Assembly: GCA_951406725.2 (NCBI GenBank)
Contig: OX597825.1
Coordinates: forward strand, 14,198,001 to 14,262,000
Length of the DNA: 64,000 nt
Direction: 5' to 3'
Source of the DNA: Octopus vulgaris
Lineage: Eukaryota
Positions 15,257 to 29,745 of the stretch are shown here, piece by piece. The position numbers and the translations under genes were made by a program. Numbering within the stretch: position 1 is the stretch's first letter; each line of letters opens with the position of its first letter. The notes beneath the pieces are model-generated. The model saw nothing but the letters and a program-made list of their open reading frames with translations, did not search any database and was not told the origin of the DNA.

Positions 15257-16227
15257 GTAGATAGATAGATAGATTGATAAATAGAAAAATAGATATACAT
15301 ACATATACACACACAGACACACACACAAACACATACACATATATATATATTTATAGATAGATACATAGGCAGATAAATATATAGATTGCTAAATAGATAG
15401 ATATACATATATATGTATACACACACAGATACATGGATACATACGTACATAAAGACTTACGTACATACATACATACATGCATACATACATACATACAATA
15501 ATACATATTTACATACATACATGTATACATACGTACATATATACATATATACATACGGGCATATATACACGCATATAAAAAGAGGATAGAGAGAGAGAAC
15601 TTCATACAATCGATGAAGGAAAGGAAAACGTATATGCATTTTAGTTTCCCCGTTTGATAGGACTAACTACAGCCTAACGAGGGAATATCCTGTCAGAAAC
15701 GTCGAATCTATGGAAACAGAAATAGATGGAAACTAATTCATATACAAATATATGTATATAAACACAAACACATACACACACACATACTTACAGATGCAAA
15801 TAACTTTCAGAATATATCTGGAAAAAATCTTACTAAAATTGCATCAGACATAGACGTAGGATAAGCTAAAACATCGCGTATACAATTGAATAATAATCAG
15901 CACAAACAAATAAATAAATGTATGCACAACAAAGATATACACCTCGGGCAAAGACAGACAGAGGGGAAATAGACAAATGGCAGAAAGAGTAGATGAAGGA
16001 CGAGGAAAGATTGTGTTTGTGTGTGTGTGAAGGAGAGAGAAAGTAGAATATGTGTGTCCGTGTGTGTTTGAGAGAATGGGAGAGAGGTAGTGGGGGAGAG
16101 AAGGAGAGAGCGGAAAAAGAGAAATCGGAGGAAGAAAGTTTGGGAGGGAGTGATAAAGTGAGACAGGGAAAGAGATAAGAAGAAAAAAAAACAGGAAGAA
16201 AGTGAAAGTGAAAGAACGATAAAGTGG

Positions 16228-16480
16228 GATAGAGAAAGAGATTTAGAGAAAGAGATTTAGAGAAAGAGATTTAGATTAAGAGACAGACTACAGGGAGAAA
16301 AAGAAAGTGGGAGATAGAGAGTGATAGAGAAAGAGAGAGAGAAAGAAGGCGAGTGTGATAGAGAAAGAGAGAGAGAAAGAAGGCGAGTGTGATAGAGAAA
16401 AAGAGAGAGAGAAAGAAGGCGGGTGTGATAGAGAAAGAGAGTGAGAGAGAAAAGAAGGCGAGTGTGATAGAAGAGAATGA
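16228..16480. repeat. Purine-rich minisatellites
   Basis: agagaaagagattt x3, then a ~33-37 bp unit gagtgtgatagagaaagagagagagaaagaaggc about x4. Confidence 0.75.
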
Positions 16481-16895
16481 TAGAGAAACAGAAAGGAGAG
16501 AGGGTGAGAATAAGAGAGTGAAGAAAAGAAGAGAGAGAGAGAGAGAGGGGTGTGAGAGTTATAGGTCAAAAACAGAGTGTGAGAAAGTGAGAGATAGAGA
16601 GAAAAACAACAAGAAAGAGAGAGATAGAGAAGGGGGAAGAAAGATAGAGAAAAAGAGAGAGAATGTTTGTTCAACAAGAGAATGCAAAAGCGTTGAGTTG
16701 TAGGATGTCATGAAAAAAATGGAAGACGTTTGCTGACTCAAAGTTGGTTAATAAGTTACAGGATAAAAGAAGGACAACTGAAAAGCGAATGGAATTGGAA
16801 CTAAGAGAGTTTGTGATTGTCCAAAGAGGTGTAAGGATATGAAGGACAGAGTGCTGTGTGTGAGGATTTATCGAAAGCTAAATAAGCCAGCATGG

Positions 16896-17298
16896 TTTAC
16901 TTTTTCACTCTTTTACTTGCTTCAGTCATGTGACTGTGGCCATGCTGGAGCATCGCCTTTAGTCGAGCAAATCGACCCCAGGACTTATTCTTTTGTAAGC
17001 CTAGTACTTATTCTATCGGTCTCTTTTGCCGAACCGCTAAGTTACGGGGATGTAAACACACCAGCATTGGTTGTCAAGCGATGTTGGTGGGAGGACAAAT
17101 ACAGACACACAAACACACACACATATATATATATATATATACATATGTACGACGGGCTTCTTTCAGTTTCCGTCTACCAAACGCACTCACAAGGCTTTGG
17201 TCGGCCCGAGGGTATAGTAGAAGACACTTGCTCAAGGTGCCACGCAGTAGGACTGAACCCGGAACCATACGGCAAGCTACTTACCACCCAGCCACTCC
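16896..17298 (-). mobile_element. SINE family A, near full length
   Basis: Head, internal (TA)n/(TG)n, tail gctccagcatggccacagtcacatgactgaagcaagtaaaagag. Confidence 0.9.
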
Positions 17299-17759
17299 CA
17301 CAAAAGGACAAGAAAAAAAGCTGTTGTTTGCCAAAAATAATCTTATTGTCGCTGGGGAATTACAATCTCTCCAAGACCAGTAACAACATCAAAGACACCA
17401 GCATCACTAGTCCAGTAGCTGCCACCAGGATGACAAACGCTACTGCTGTCATCAGACAGAGAGATAGGCAGATATAGATATTCATATAAAGGTGTAGTTT
17501 TCGATTCCCTGCAAAAATATATCGTCATAAAAGATGAAAAATTTTGTAAACATTTGTAGAAAAAAAAGCGATAGGTGTCTAAGTTAAAATAAAGATAAAC
17601 ACCTAAAAACTACAATTTTATAACTATGGTTTTTAAAAAGAAAAATCAGAGATACAGCTAGTAGTCATAATATTGCGAATTTCGAATGTTTAATTCGCTC
17701 TATCAAGAATATATTTGCTCTGTTGCCATGGATTTCTAATAAGCTTATATCTCAATAAC

Positions 17760-18215
17760 ACCACCAAAACCACCATCACGACCATCATCATGCTCATGAT
17801 CATGAACATCATCATCACCATCATCACCATCATCACCATCATCACCATCAGTACCATCACCATTCACCATCACCATCACCATCATCACCATCACCATCAT
17901 CACCACCATCACCATCATCACCACCATTACCATCATCATCACCATCATCGTCACCATCATCATCATCATCACCACCACCATCACCACTACCATCACCATC
18001 CTTATCATCATCATCATCATCATCACCATCATCATCACCACCACCACCTTCAACACCACCACCACCACCAACACCACCTCCACCACCTCCACCACCATCA
18101 TCATCATCATCATCATCACCATCATTATCATCATCATCATCATCATCACCACCACCACCACCATCACCATCTCACCATCATCATCACCATCATCATCATC
18201 ATCTGCATTATCTTA
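17760..18215. repeat. (CAT/CAC)n microsatellite
   Basis: Degenerate trinucleotide run giving spurious poly-His/Met ORFs. Confidence 0.95.
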
Positions 18216-18767
18216 GTCACCATCAGTGTTATTGAACAGGAAGGATGTACTTTTGTTAAGAAGTTGGCAGTTTAATGATATCCAAGTTTCTTTATTGATT
18301 TCCTGATTTTTATTTTTGCCTTCGTACGTCATTGGTTGCGAGTTTCTTATAGATAATGGCCACCTATTTAATTCATATTTATTTCCACATCGTATCCCTC
18401 TCATCACGCTCCAGTTTCCGAAAACCATTTTGTTTGTCAATTTCTGCTGTTTCGTACGGAATATCCTGTGTTAACCCTGTACGATTAAATCCTTCGTGTT
18501 ATCTTGTCCGCTCTGGAAGGTAGCGAGCTCGAATGTCGGAAAAGTTGCTTACCGCCATTTTGTCCGTTTTGTACGTTTTGAGTTCAAATTCTGTAATTGT
18601 TCACCTTTACTCTCACCATTTCAGAATCGATAAGATATGTACCAGCTGAAAACAGGGGTCTATGTAATAGCCTAATCCCACCCCAACAACTAACATTGCA
18701 CCCTTTAAAACTAAGGTACTTTTTACTGTTTTGTAGTGAAATGCTAGATTGCATTTAATATTACATC

Positions 18768-19111
18768 TTTCGTTTTTGGATTTGGTTTGCAAGATTCTTT
18801 ATATGAGTTCGTGTGTTGAAGCATTTTCTGTTGTGTCTGGCGAGAGTCATTCTCTTTTAGTGCCTTATTATTTAACACACTCACCGGTAAAATTTCCACT
18901 TATTTCTTATTTTTATTTTCTAAAATTTTCGTTGCATCTTGCAACCTTTTCAAAAGGGAACGCAGTATAAATAACGGACAGAATCAAGTCTATTGAAAAG
19001 GTTGCAAGACGCAACGAAAATTTTAGAAAATAAAAATAAGTGGAAATTTTACCGGTGAGTGTGTTTAATATTAAGGCACTAAAAGAGAATGACTCTCCCC
19101 AGACACAACAG
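18768..19111. mobile_element. Inverted-repeat Penelope-like insertion with 11-bp TSD
   Basis: Arms ~18826-18953 and ~18993-19114; aatattacatc at 18757-18767 and 19112-19122; same family at 56912-57157. Confidence 0.8.
18989..19027 (+). ncRNA. Minimal hammerhead motif with U3-A8 swap
   Basis: TCTA-TTGAAAA-G-GTTGC(aagac)GCAAC-GAAAATTT-TAGA. Confidence 0.65.
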
Positions 19112-19212
19112 AATATTACATCCTTTAATGAACTTAAAACCTATTCCCTGAATATGTGCTGCTGGATTTGGAGTGCATCTTAGATGTCCGAACATCCTTT
19201 AAACATTCTACT

Positions 19213-19605
19213 CTCACTTTTACTCTTTTACTTGTTTCAGTCATTTGACTGCGGCCATGCTGGAGCACCACCTTTAGTCGAGCAAATCGACCCCAGGACC
19301 TATTCTTTGTAAGCCAAGTACTTATTCTATCCGGCTCTTTTGCCGAACTGCTAAGTTACGGGGACGTAAATACACCAGCATCGGTTGTCAAGCGACGTTG
19401 GCGGGGACAAACACACTTACACACACATACATACATATATACGACGAGATTCTTTCAGTTTCCGTCTACCAAATCTACTTACAAGACTTTGGTCGGCCCG
19501 AGGCTATAGTAGAAGACACTTGCCCAAAGTTCCACGCAGTGGAACTGAACCCGGAACCATTTGGCTGATAAGCAAGCTACTTACGACACAGCCACTCCTA
19601 CGCCT
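19213..19605 (-). mobile_element. SINE family A, full length
   Basis: Complete head to gtaaaagag tail repeats. Confidence 0.92.
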
Positions 19606-20336
19606 ATTCTAGCTGCAAATTTTTATAAGACAATTGATCAGGGGAACTCCGTAATTTGCAAGTAATCTTGTAAGGTTAGCAGATTTTCAACTTTGATTAT
19701 ACTTAGCAATTTCTTAGTCAATTTCTTATACATATAGCAAGCATTTAGAATCACCAAATAGTAAATATTTTGTAATAGTCTAGGATTGAAAATACCCCTG
19801 ATGAAAGATATTCCAGCCATGATCATCCCGTCTTTTATCTCAGCATAAAGTATCATACTATAACGTGTTATATTAAGGATGACTTCACTGCCATATCTAG
19901 CGGCTCAAATGACCATGTAGAGTATCCTTTATTGGTTAGTTACAAATATACGTATCCAGTGCTTAATGCTTTATAGTTTATCATTTCCCCCCTTTTGCAA
20001 TGTTCTTTGTAAAGCACTTTCTAACATTCGTTTGTCTGAAGAAGCTATATTTGTGTTGTGCTGGCATTGTCTATGGAATGACACATTGTCTTTCATCTCT
20101 AATTAATGCCTCTCTAATTATCCTCTCTTTTCAATTATTCATTAATTTATTCTTAAACTGATGGCAGACGATACTAATTAGAACTCCAATTTTTCACTGT
20201 TCTGCTAGTTATAATTCTTAGTTACAACATCTAGTTGCTAAACAATCTTCAGCACTTATTAACGTGTCCACTGTAATTTCTGGCAGCACAAAGACACATC
20301 TCTACATCTTATTATTTCATGCATAAAGATCAATAT

Positions 20337-20493
<157 letters not shown>

Positions 20494-20764
20494 GTGTATG
20501 TATGTATATCCTAAACATGATTATTATTGCAGATCTCTCTAATATATTTATTTCCATTTTACTCAGCTTGGCGATATCTCCACTTTATCACGTAACATCC
20601 GCAGTCGATGGTTTATGATTCCCGTTATTTTGCAGGTATCAGGTTTACATAAGTGTCGGAGAGTAGTTGTTACGACGCACCGCATTGACGAAGGAAATGA
20701 AATATAGACAACAGCGACAACAACGACAACAACAACAAAAACAACATCAATAATAATAATAATA

Positions 20765-21240
20765 CTGGCTGCTCAGTCCTGGCTAAGAAGGAATATATTC
20801 ACAGACACGACAGAGTTGGGGCCTGTATACACTAGAAGCTATGCCAACACGATGGAATAACAACAGAAAAAAGATAGTAAGGGCACATCTCAGAAGGGTC
20901 ACAGAAAATGAGAAAGTAACCATATCCTGGGATATGCCAATACAAAAAAATAGAGAAATCAAGGCTAAGAATGTCAGATATAGTTATAAGAGATCAGCAA
21001 GAAAAAATGCCTTTTAATCGATGTATCAATACCAACAGATGAAAATTCTAACTGGGCCTCACCTGCAAGGACATGAGCTGTTTATCTTGATATGAGATAA
21101 CCATGTCGCGCACACATGGTTGTGATGCATGTGCCTAGTGTACCCTTATCAGACGGGTAGTCATGATGGTTATACTGAGCTTCGTATATCGTAACCCAGT
21201 GTCACTTTGATGGCATGTACTGCTCTCTCACTCAATAATA
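20765..21240 (+). mobile_element. Chimera: Dong/R4-like ORF fragment fused to the TAA-tailed non-coding repeat
   Basis: 20765-21040 reads GCSVLAKKEYIHRHDRVG...WDMPI...LIDVSIP like 40870-41140; 21040-21235 matches 54875-55065. Confidence 0.8.
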
Positions 21241-21247
21241 ATAATGA

Positions 21248-21304
<57 letters not shown>

Positions 21305-23082
21305 CACCACCACCACACTACTGCTACTGCTACTGCTACTACTACTACTACTACTACTAATAATAATAATAATTATAATAATAATAATAATAATAGTAAT
21401 AATAATCTTTTATTCGCCTCAGAGTATATATTGCTCCACTTCACTCAGCTGAAAATGAGTAGGTCTGCTAAGGAATGGTATCCCGATCAGGAAAGTTTTG
21501 TGATCGCCATAGAATCCAGATGACCATCTCTGTATACCTTAGATCTTGAGGCAATAACGATGAGGATGATAATAATGATGCTGATGCAACGAACGTTGAA
21601 ATAATATAGAAAAATAATGAAATCAAATGCGAGTATTTTCACATCATACTAAACAATCAAACCTCAAAGAAAACTATACTAACGAAAAGAGGGACACGAG
21701 AGAGAGAGAGAGAATAAAGTAAAAGAGGGAGAGAATGAAGAAAGAGAGAGACAGAGAGCTAAAGTTACAAATGTTAAATGCGAAAAGAATTCAAATCGAT
21801 AGATCTTTTCATGGAACAACGAAAACACACCCTCAAAGATAAACTTTAACGATACGATAAGAAAAAAACAAGAAACGCATGTTAGGCCATTATATACTGG
21901 ATTTAGATACTAAGCATTAATACCAGCGCGATAGAAAACAATAAAACTTATCTATGCTGCGACCACAGTAGTCACGAAGGAAATTAGATACTTCGTCAAA
22001 TCTTCTCCTTAAGAAAAACACAGAGAAATGAAGAGAATGAAAGTAGAAACAGCTTTCAGAACTCAAGGTGACCGACAACATAAGACAAATATCACGCTAC
22101 TAAGAAACAAAAACAAATGGAAAATGGCAAGGGAAATAAAGAGACAAGGACTATAGAGAAATCTAAGAGAATAAAGAACCCGAAATCAAAATGTCTTAGA
22201 CAAGAGATCCTTGATAAATCATAAAGAATTCTACGTTACGTAAGTGGTATCACTGCTTTGAACATAGATATAATTCTTTTGAAATCCAAGATGTGGTAAA
22301 AATACGATAAAATAAAAGGGATATAAGCGCCAGAGCAGAAAGGGAATATTTTTTAGAGATAAGTGTGGACAGCGTATGGATTGCTATAAACGGGGATATT
22401 AAAAGAGAGGGGGATGGATAAAATGAACAGTAAAGGAATCCTGAGAAGTAAAAATAACATGATCTCGCCCAGATATTTCAGGACGTAATTTGAATGCGTA
22501 AAAGAACCGCAGAGCATTACGTTTCTTAGTAAAAAAAATTTAACAGGTTCATGCACAAGGTTCATGCAACAGCGTCCAATGATCTACCAGGATAAAATAT
22601 GTAAGATAATCCATGAAGCAAAAAAAGAAAAAGAATGAAATAACATAATATTCATATATATTCTTTTATTCTCTTACTTGTTTCAGTCATTTGACTGCAG
22701 ACATGCTGGAGCATCGCCTTAAAATGTTTTTTGTAGTCGAAGAAATCGACCCCAGGACTTATTTTTTGTAAGCCTGGTACTTATTCTACCACTTCAAAAC
22801 GTGGAGTAGTTGAAACAGGGACAACTGAAAAAGGGGAATATTCTTTATGTTGTATGTTTCGTTTCGCTGTTTGTTTTTTTTTCGTTGTTAGAAAAAAGTT
22901 CGTTTCTATGTTTTTGTTTTTATGTTTTCGTTTCTCATTGTGTTCAACGCTTTTTCGATAAATTAAGTACCAGTTGCGTACTGAGGTCGATATAATCGAC
23001 TGGCCTCTCCCCCCAAGGGCCGTGTGCCTAGAGTAGAAAAGATTATCATTATTAGTGTTGTTGTTATTATTATTATTATCAT

Positions 23083-23422
23083 TGCCTTTCACATCTTCTA
23101 ACGCTGGAAATGTACTACAGAGTCAACTCTTCACTACCATTGAACTAAGGTAACATCTCTCATTTTTCGAGCACCTTCCGGCGTATTCGAGCGGTTCCAA
23201 TCAGTGCTGTTTTCCGCACGTGCTCCACCCTTATTGCAGCCCCTATTTGTTCCACGTTCTTCTCGATATTTTTGCTCACTGTTCCTAGGGCTCTGACATT
23301 TATTGGTACTATAACCACCTTTTTCATCGACCAAAACTGCTTAACTCCCCAAGGTAACCTGTCATATCTATCGACTTCCCTTTCTTCCTTATCGCATGCC
23401 TTGTTGCTAGCTGGGCATTGCT
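23083..23422 (-). mobile_element. Dong/R4-like retrotransposon 3' end (second family)
   Basis: WSMKKVVIVPINVRALGTVSKN...KTALIGTARIRRKVLEK*, a REL endonuclease C-terminus; (TAA)n on both sides. Confidence 0.8.
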
Positions 23423-23450
23423 ATTATTATTGTTATTATTATTATTATTA

Positions 23451-23510
<60 letters not shown>

Positions 23511-23795
23511 CATTATTGTTGTTGTGTTGTTGTTGTTGTTGTTATTATTATTATTATTATCATCATAATCTTTATTATTGTTGTTGTTGTTATTATTATT
23601 ATTGTCATTGTCATCATCATCATCATCATCATCATCATTATGATTATTATCATTATGATTATTATTATTAGTATTATTTTTATCGTCAACATTATCATCA
23701 TCATCATCATCATCTTCATCGTCATCATCATCATCCTCATCATCGTCGTCATCATCATCATCATTATTGTTGCTGTTATTCTTCTTCTTCTGCTT

Positions 23796-23892
<97 letters not shown>
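23423..23892. repeat. Compound (TTA)n/(TTG)n/(TCA)n/(TTC)n microsatellite
   Basis: Directly visible. Confidence 0.95.
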
Positions 23893-23893
<1 letters not shown>

Positions 23894-24665
23894 ATAAAAG
23901 AAACAGCTGTAACTATAGAAAGTACTGAAACATTAAATTATTTTTTTTTGAACTCATTGTTTCGTTGTTAATTTTGATTCCGAGTACAATTCTAAGGAAA
24001 ACAAACAACAGCAACAACAACAACAACAACAACCACCACAACAACAACAATAATGACAATAGCTATAATGACAACAATAAAGAAAAACAACAACCAGCAA
24101 ACGCTGCAAGAACAAAACGGCGACGTGAAAGGAACATGCACCGCAGTAATTAGCACACGAACAAACTAAATGGGAGTTACATCCTGTTGAACTCAATTAT
24201 AAGTTTATTTCGCAGTCAGAGTCAGAGCATGCATTAGCAACAAAAGATGTATCTGTGCCTAAGGGCAATGACAGGATAGAACTGAAGATTTCTTTCTTGC
24301 AAACAAATACTGCTTAGAGATGGATTAAAAACGGAATTAGGTGTAGAGAAGAAATCAATTTTCTAATTATATGTTTATCAAAATATTTTGATATTTCTCG
24401 CTGTATTGTAAACTATTGCATATTTCTTACGGATTAATAATTGAAGATGACAAAATTTAAATCAGATCGGATGAGAGAAACAAACAAACAAACAAAGAGT
24501 ACAATAAAAGAAGAAAAACAGCCTTAGCTGTCTTGAAAGAGGAAAAAAAAAAAATGAAATGTAAAGAAATTAAAATTGCATATTATTTTTAAAGAATATG
24601 GAAAAATACAATAAGTTATTCGAAAAGCCGGAGCAGTCGAGTGGTATGATGGTGATGATGATGTA

Positions 24666-24928
24666 CTCGGCTGGTGCATAATTATTGCGGTTTTATTTTT
24701 TTTCAACAAATTTTATTCAACAAAGACAATAACAACATGTAACAAAAACATCTTTGAATGATTATTCCGGAGCATATTCACTATCTACTTCAATCACTGC
24801 TTCACATTTGCTTGGCAGACGGTCAGACCGTCATTTAAAGATGTTTTTTGTTAAATATTGTTATTGTTTTTGTTGAATAAAATTTGTTGAAAAAACAAAC
24901 CAACCGCAATAATTATGCACCAGCCACA
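24666..24928. mobile_element. Palindromic mariner-derived MITE (263 bp)
   Basis: TA flanks; ~90-bp inverted arms starting ggctggtgcataattattgcggtt; spacer reads DRLPSKCEAVIEVDSEYAPE* on the minus strand. Confidence 0.87.
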
Positions 24929-27900
24929 TAGATGCTGCTGCTGCTGCTGCTGATGATGATGATGATAATGATGATGATGATGATGATGACGATGACGATG
25001 ATGATGAGGATGATGATGATGATATAAAAGTATAATAGAACTATAACTACTACTTCTACCACTACTGCTACTACTACTAGTAGTAGTAGTGGTAGTAGTG
25101 GTGGCGGTGGTGGTAGTAGTAATAGTAGTAGTAGTAAGAAGAAGAAGAGGAGGAGGAAGAAAAAAGGAGGAAGAGAAGACAACGACGACAACGACGACGA
25201 AGAAGAAGAAGACGAAGAAGAAGAAGAGCGAAGTAAAGTGATGAAGAAGAAAGAAGAAGAAAGAAGAAGAAGAAGAAGAAGAAGAAAGAAGAAGAAAGAA
25301 GAAGAAGAAGAAGAAGAAGAAGAAGAATGAGAAAAAAGAGGAAGGAGAAGAAGAGGAAAAATAAGAAATCTTTTTAATATAGGCATTAAGGCATCAAAAT
25401 GGGTGGGCGAATGGAGAACGGAAAGCAATGTTGACCATGACAAGATTTGAGCCCGGGTTGTAAAGAGTTAGAAGAGGCACTGCAACAATTGATACAAGTA
25501 CTTGTACTGATTCAACCGAACTAGAGAAGGATGATAAACATAGGTGGTCACGACTGGATTTGAACCGAGATGCCAAAGAGATGTAATAAAATAAAAGAAA
25601 TGGAAGTTTTTCAGAGCTGTATCAACTCAGTCTTTTATCTTCCGTACAGAGTGTCAATTATTAAAACAAGAAGAAGAAGAAGATTAAATAGAAGACAACT
25701 AGGGTAAGATGAACAGTAGAAATTGAGAATCTTGAATATATTGAGAGGAAAGAGTGAAGAATTAAGAGTTGAAAGAAACACATATGTGGAAGAAGAGAAA
25801 GGGGGCGAGACAGAGACAGACAGACAGATAGATAGAAAGAGCGGGAGAGAGAGATACAGGAAGCGGAAGAGCAAGCGAGAGAGAGAGAAAGCAGAAATAT
25901 AACGATAACAAATACATTATTAAGAAAGAGACACAATTACTACGAACATCTGAACATGCTGAGAGAGGAATGGTAAAAACCTGCAGAAGTAGCAAACGAT
26001 TAGATTTAATCAATAACATGTGAACTATTTAGAATAGAATTGTTGTATTTTGTTTCCTGTAACCATTTGCCAAATTGAGTTAGAGAGAAATGGTATAGTT
26101 CTGAAAGGTGCACATTTCGTGGTTTGAAAATTATATTCAGAAAATTGAATTAGATGGTAAAAACAACAGTGTTTTGTTGGGTTCAGAACGAAGCATTAAC
26201 CATAATCCAATAAATAACTGACTTGTATTGTTGATACATTATTTTACAACGTGTGTATAATATCACTAGTTGTCAGTACTTGGGCATTTCACTTATAACG
26301 AGTCTAGTTCCAGACAAAGCCAGTCTCGTAAAGTTATGTCAGCGATGAAAAATAGTCATAAACCAGTATTGGTCTTAATAAGCAATTATGATATTTTGAA
26401 TAGTCGAAGTCGTTCTTAGAGCAGAACCAGCTTTTGATAATATGTCTAGAGAACGGCTTGTCATAAAATATATCCTTAATCTTAAAATTGGCCAAGATAT
26501 CAAGTTATGTAATAAAATAAAGCATCCTTTCTTAACTATTATTGTTTCACCGAAAGCGAAGAATTTCATGACTAAATCTTATTGTTTCCATTTACCACTT
26601 ATTACCGCCAACATTTCCAACACTCTACAGAACAGCCAGTGCTAATACATTCCGAATAATTTATTGCATAAATCGATACTAATTTTCGCAGCTTAGTATG
26701 AAACTTTGGGCAAATAATGTTAAGTATTCTATTGAGGACCATAGCACGTATCCTGCCAAGACAAACAGAAGGTAAATGTTGTAAAATTTCTAAATAATGT
26801 TTCTCTATGTAAAGAATCAATTCTGTAGGAATTGGTATAATGAAGAAATACTATTGGAGGGACCTAACACAGATACTTATATCACGAAATTATGAAGAGA
26901 ACACCGCCATGGGTGATCTAAAAAAAATTGACGTCCGAAACTATATTCTACCTGATGTTTTAATCTCCCAACGAGCTGATAAAATGTGTTGAATTATTTT
27001 TTTCTTTTTAAAATTAAAACCAAATGTAGTGTGTGATAATTGAAGCCCTGCAGCCTTGTGATGAGGGTATTGCCTCCACGATCGTTAGATAGCGGTTTCG
27101 ACCACCCGGCGATACACTGTGTAAAGCATTTCATTTCACGTCACTCAAGTTTCCTTGGTTGGAAAATAAGTAATCCTGCGTCTTATTCCGAAGATTAAAA
27201 AAAAACAAGAAACTGGGAGAATGCAATTATACAGAGTTCTATCAACTCTGTCACTCATCTCCCGTACAGAACGTCTATTACAAAAAAAGAACAAAAAAGG
27301 AAAAATAAACGGGAACGAGAAGATCAAATAGAAAACAGTTACAACAAGAAAGATATTAGAAACAGAGAAGCGGGTGGAATTAGAAGTTCTGTAAAAAGTC
27401 AACCCAAAAGTATCAGCTTTATATTTAAGTCTCCTGAAGCTTATAGGAGCAAAGTCTTAGGGTTTTATTTTCCTCGCGTAATACTACAGTTGAACAATAG
27501 TGCAGGTTGAGTTATTCGGTTAAGAAGTGTGCTTGCAGCCGTTTGATTTCAGATGCAATCCTTCGCGTCCCATCTTGAGTAATTTTCTTCTTATTTAGCC
27601 TCAGATTCCCCCATTGCATTCGAAGTGAATTTGGGAGGGAGAAACTATGCCAAACCCCTTCCAACTTATATGTATGTGTGGATGTATTTATGTTTGTGTT
27701 TGTGAGTGTGTGCGCCTGCGTAAGCGTATGTGTTGTGTGTTATCTTGTTCTCTTATCGCTTGACAACTGCAACTGAACTATTCGACAGAAAAAATGATGG
27801 ACGGAACAATTACTTTCTTAAAATACGGACCGCGGTTTCATCGATTAGATTTTTCATCCCAAATAAACAAGAAACGAGGAATATAGATAGTGATTTCAGC

Positions 27901-28249
27901 GGCTATTGAGTTGCTTTGATTCTTATTTCTAGCAATATTTGTGCTGCTTAGTGCCCTTGTTCATTTTAGTAAGGTCTATATTGCTGTCTTTAGGTTGTAG
28001 AATTGCTAATTAGTCACGTATATTGTTTTATTTACGCACACACACAGACTCACATATGTATAGACATACAGTATCTCACATAAGTATAAACACCCCTTAA
28101 AAAATCAGTAAAATTTTATATATATCAGCCGAAATTGCGAGGATGATCCAGTTCTTGACTGAAGATTGAAGGCTTCGAATGTCCCGTCCGTGTTTTTTGT
28201 GTCGTCTTCTAAATGTTTTGCGTTCTTGTCCCAGTTTGTATTTTTTTAC

Positions 28250-28322
<73 letters not shown>

Positions 28323-28566
28323 GTGAGAAAGAGAGACAGAGAGACAGACAGAGAGGGAGTCAGAAACCACACTTGGAACCCGTCCAATAGCAGTGCATTT
28401 GAAGCCATATATATTTTAGTTTTTTTAAGATACAGACATACAATATGCCCCACACATATTATAACATCCATTTCAAACAACACCAATCGCGGTTCCAAGC
28501 TATATCATAGAAGTTACAAATGGTTCCTATTATATTACACTCATTAATGTATCATGTGTTATATCA

Positions 28567-29495
28567 TTGGGTCATTCCATAAATAATGTGGTTTTCTCTA
28601 TTACATGAAATAAAAGTCGGATGGGGACGGGATAAACTACCTGCATCAACTTGCTTATAAAAACCGGTAGTAATTTTCCTTTGACTTACTTTTAGTGCGA
28701 TTTTAACAGTTATTATTTCAAAGGTATAATGGAAGTGACAAATGAGCATATTCGGTATATTTTGCTTTATGAGTTCAATGAAGGCAACAACATAACGGAA
28801 AGTGCGAGAAATATTAACGCAGTATATGGGTATCTGACGATAAGTGTAAGTTAGTGTGAACGGTGGTTCCAGAAATTCCGAGCTGGAAACTATAGCCTAA
28901 AAGAGCCTTGACCTAGAATATCTGTACAGTTCAACGAGGACGCCCTACAAAACCCGGTGGAATATAATGCCATTGTAACTGTTGAGGGACTAGCAGGGAA
29001 GCTTAGATTTGGTCATCGACACTTGCGTACCATTGGAAACGTCAGCAAATTGGGTCAATAGGTTCCTCACAAACTTTCCTAGTCTATTCGTATGCAGAGA
29101 GTGAATATGTACACTTCTTTACTGCCACGTCTCACGAAAGAATCTTTTTGGATTGAATGACTGGTGAGAAGAAATGTATTCTCTATAGAAATGATAAGCG
29201 CCGAAGTCAGTGGGTAGAGAAAGGAGAAACACCGGCACTCCAGGCTAAAGAAAGTTTTCATCCACGTGAGGTGTTTTTATCTGTTTGGTGAGATATGAAA
29301 GGTTTAGTCCATTTTGAACTTTTAAACTCAAACCAAACGATAACAAAGGAGATCTACTGCTAGCAGCTTGAGGGGCTTAAACCAGTACTAGAAAGAAAAA
29401 TGGTCATCTTTGGGTTCAAGATGAAAGGTATTCTTCCATCAGGATAATGTTCGGCTTTCAAGGTGCTCATCTATCAGGATAATGCTCAGCGAGCA
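28567..29495 (+). pseudogene. Decayed mariner transposase, 3' truncated by a SINE
   Basis: TIR-like ttgggtcattccataaataatgtgg; ATG 28729 MEVTNEHIRYILLYEF...RWFQKFRAGN; *VPHKL (WVPHEL motif), TGEKK, FHQDN; multiple stops and frameshifts. Confidence 0.88.
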
Positions 29496-29500
29496 TATGA

Positions 29501-29544
<44 letters not shown>

Positions 29545-29548
<4 letters not shown>

Positions 29549-29745
29549 TTGTCCCGTCACCATCGCTTGACAAGCGATGTTGGTGTGTTTACGTCCCCGT
29601 AACTTACACGTTCGGCAAAACGAGCAATAGAATAAGTACGTGGCTTACAAAGAATAAGTCTTGGGGGCGAGATTTCTTCGACTAAAGGCGGTGCTCCAGC
29701 ATGGCCAAAGTCAAATGACTGAAACAAGCAAAAGAATAAAAGAAT
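29545..29745 (+). mobile_element. SINE family A 3' half
   Basis: Follows (TG)n; ends ggcggtgctccagcatggcc...gactgaaacaagcaaaagaataaaagaa. Confidence 0.85.

Noticed and set aside
17715-18275. 186-aa poly-His ORF and similar poly-I/D/N/Y or YLSI ORFs across the window
   Set aside because: Translations of microsatellites, open in several frames, with no domain content.
21780-22600. A-rich stretch resembling decayed LINE ORF (also ~2540-3100, ~36230-36880, ~46540-47130)
   Set aside because: Too degraded to assign family or boundaries by eye.
26690-26995. Possible small exons on the plus strand
   Set aside because: Candidate intron is very short, joined frames hit stops and no recognisable protein results.
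28155-28195. CTGAAGA...CTTCGAATGTC hammerhead-like string
   Set aside because: GAAT instead of GAAA, a one-base loop and no stem I.
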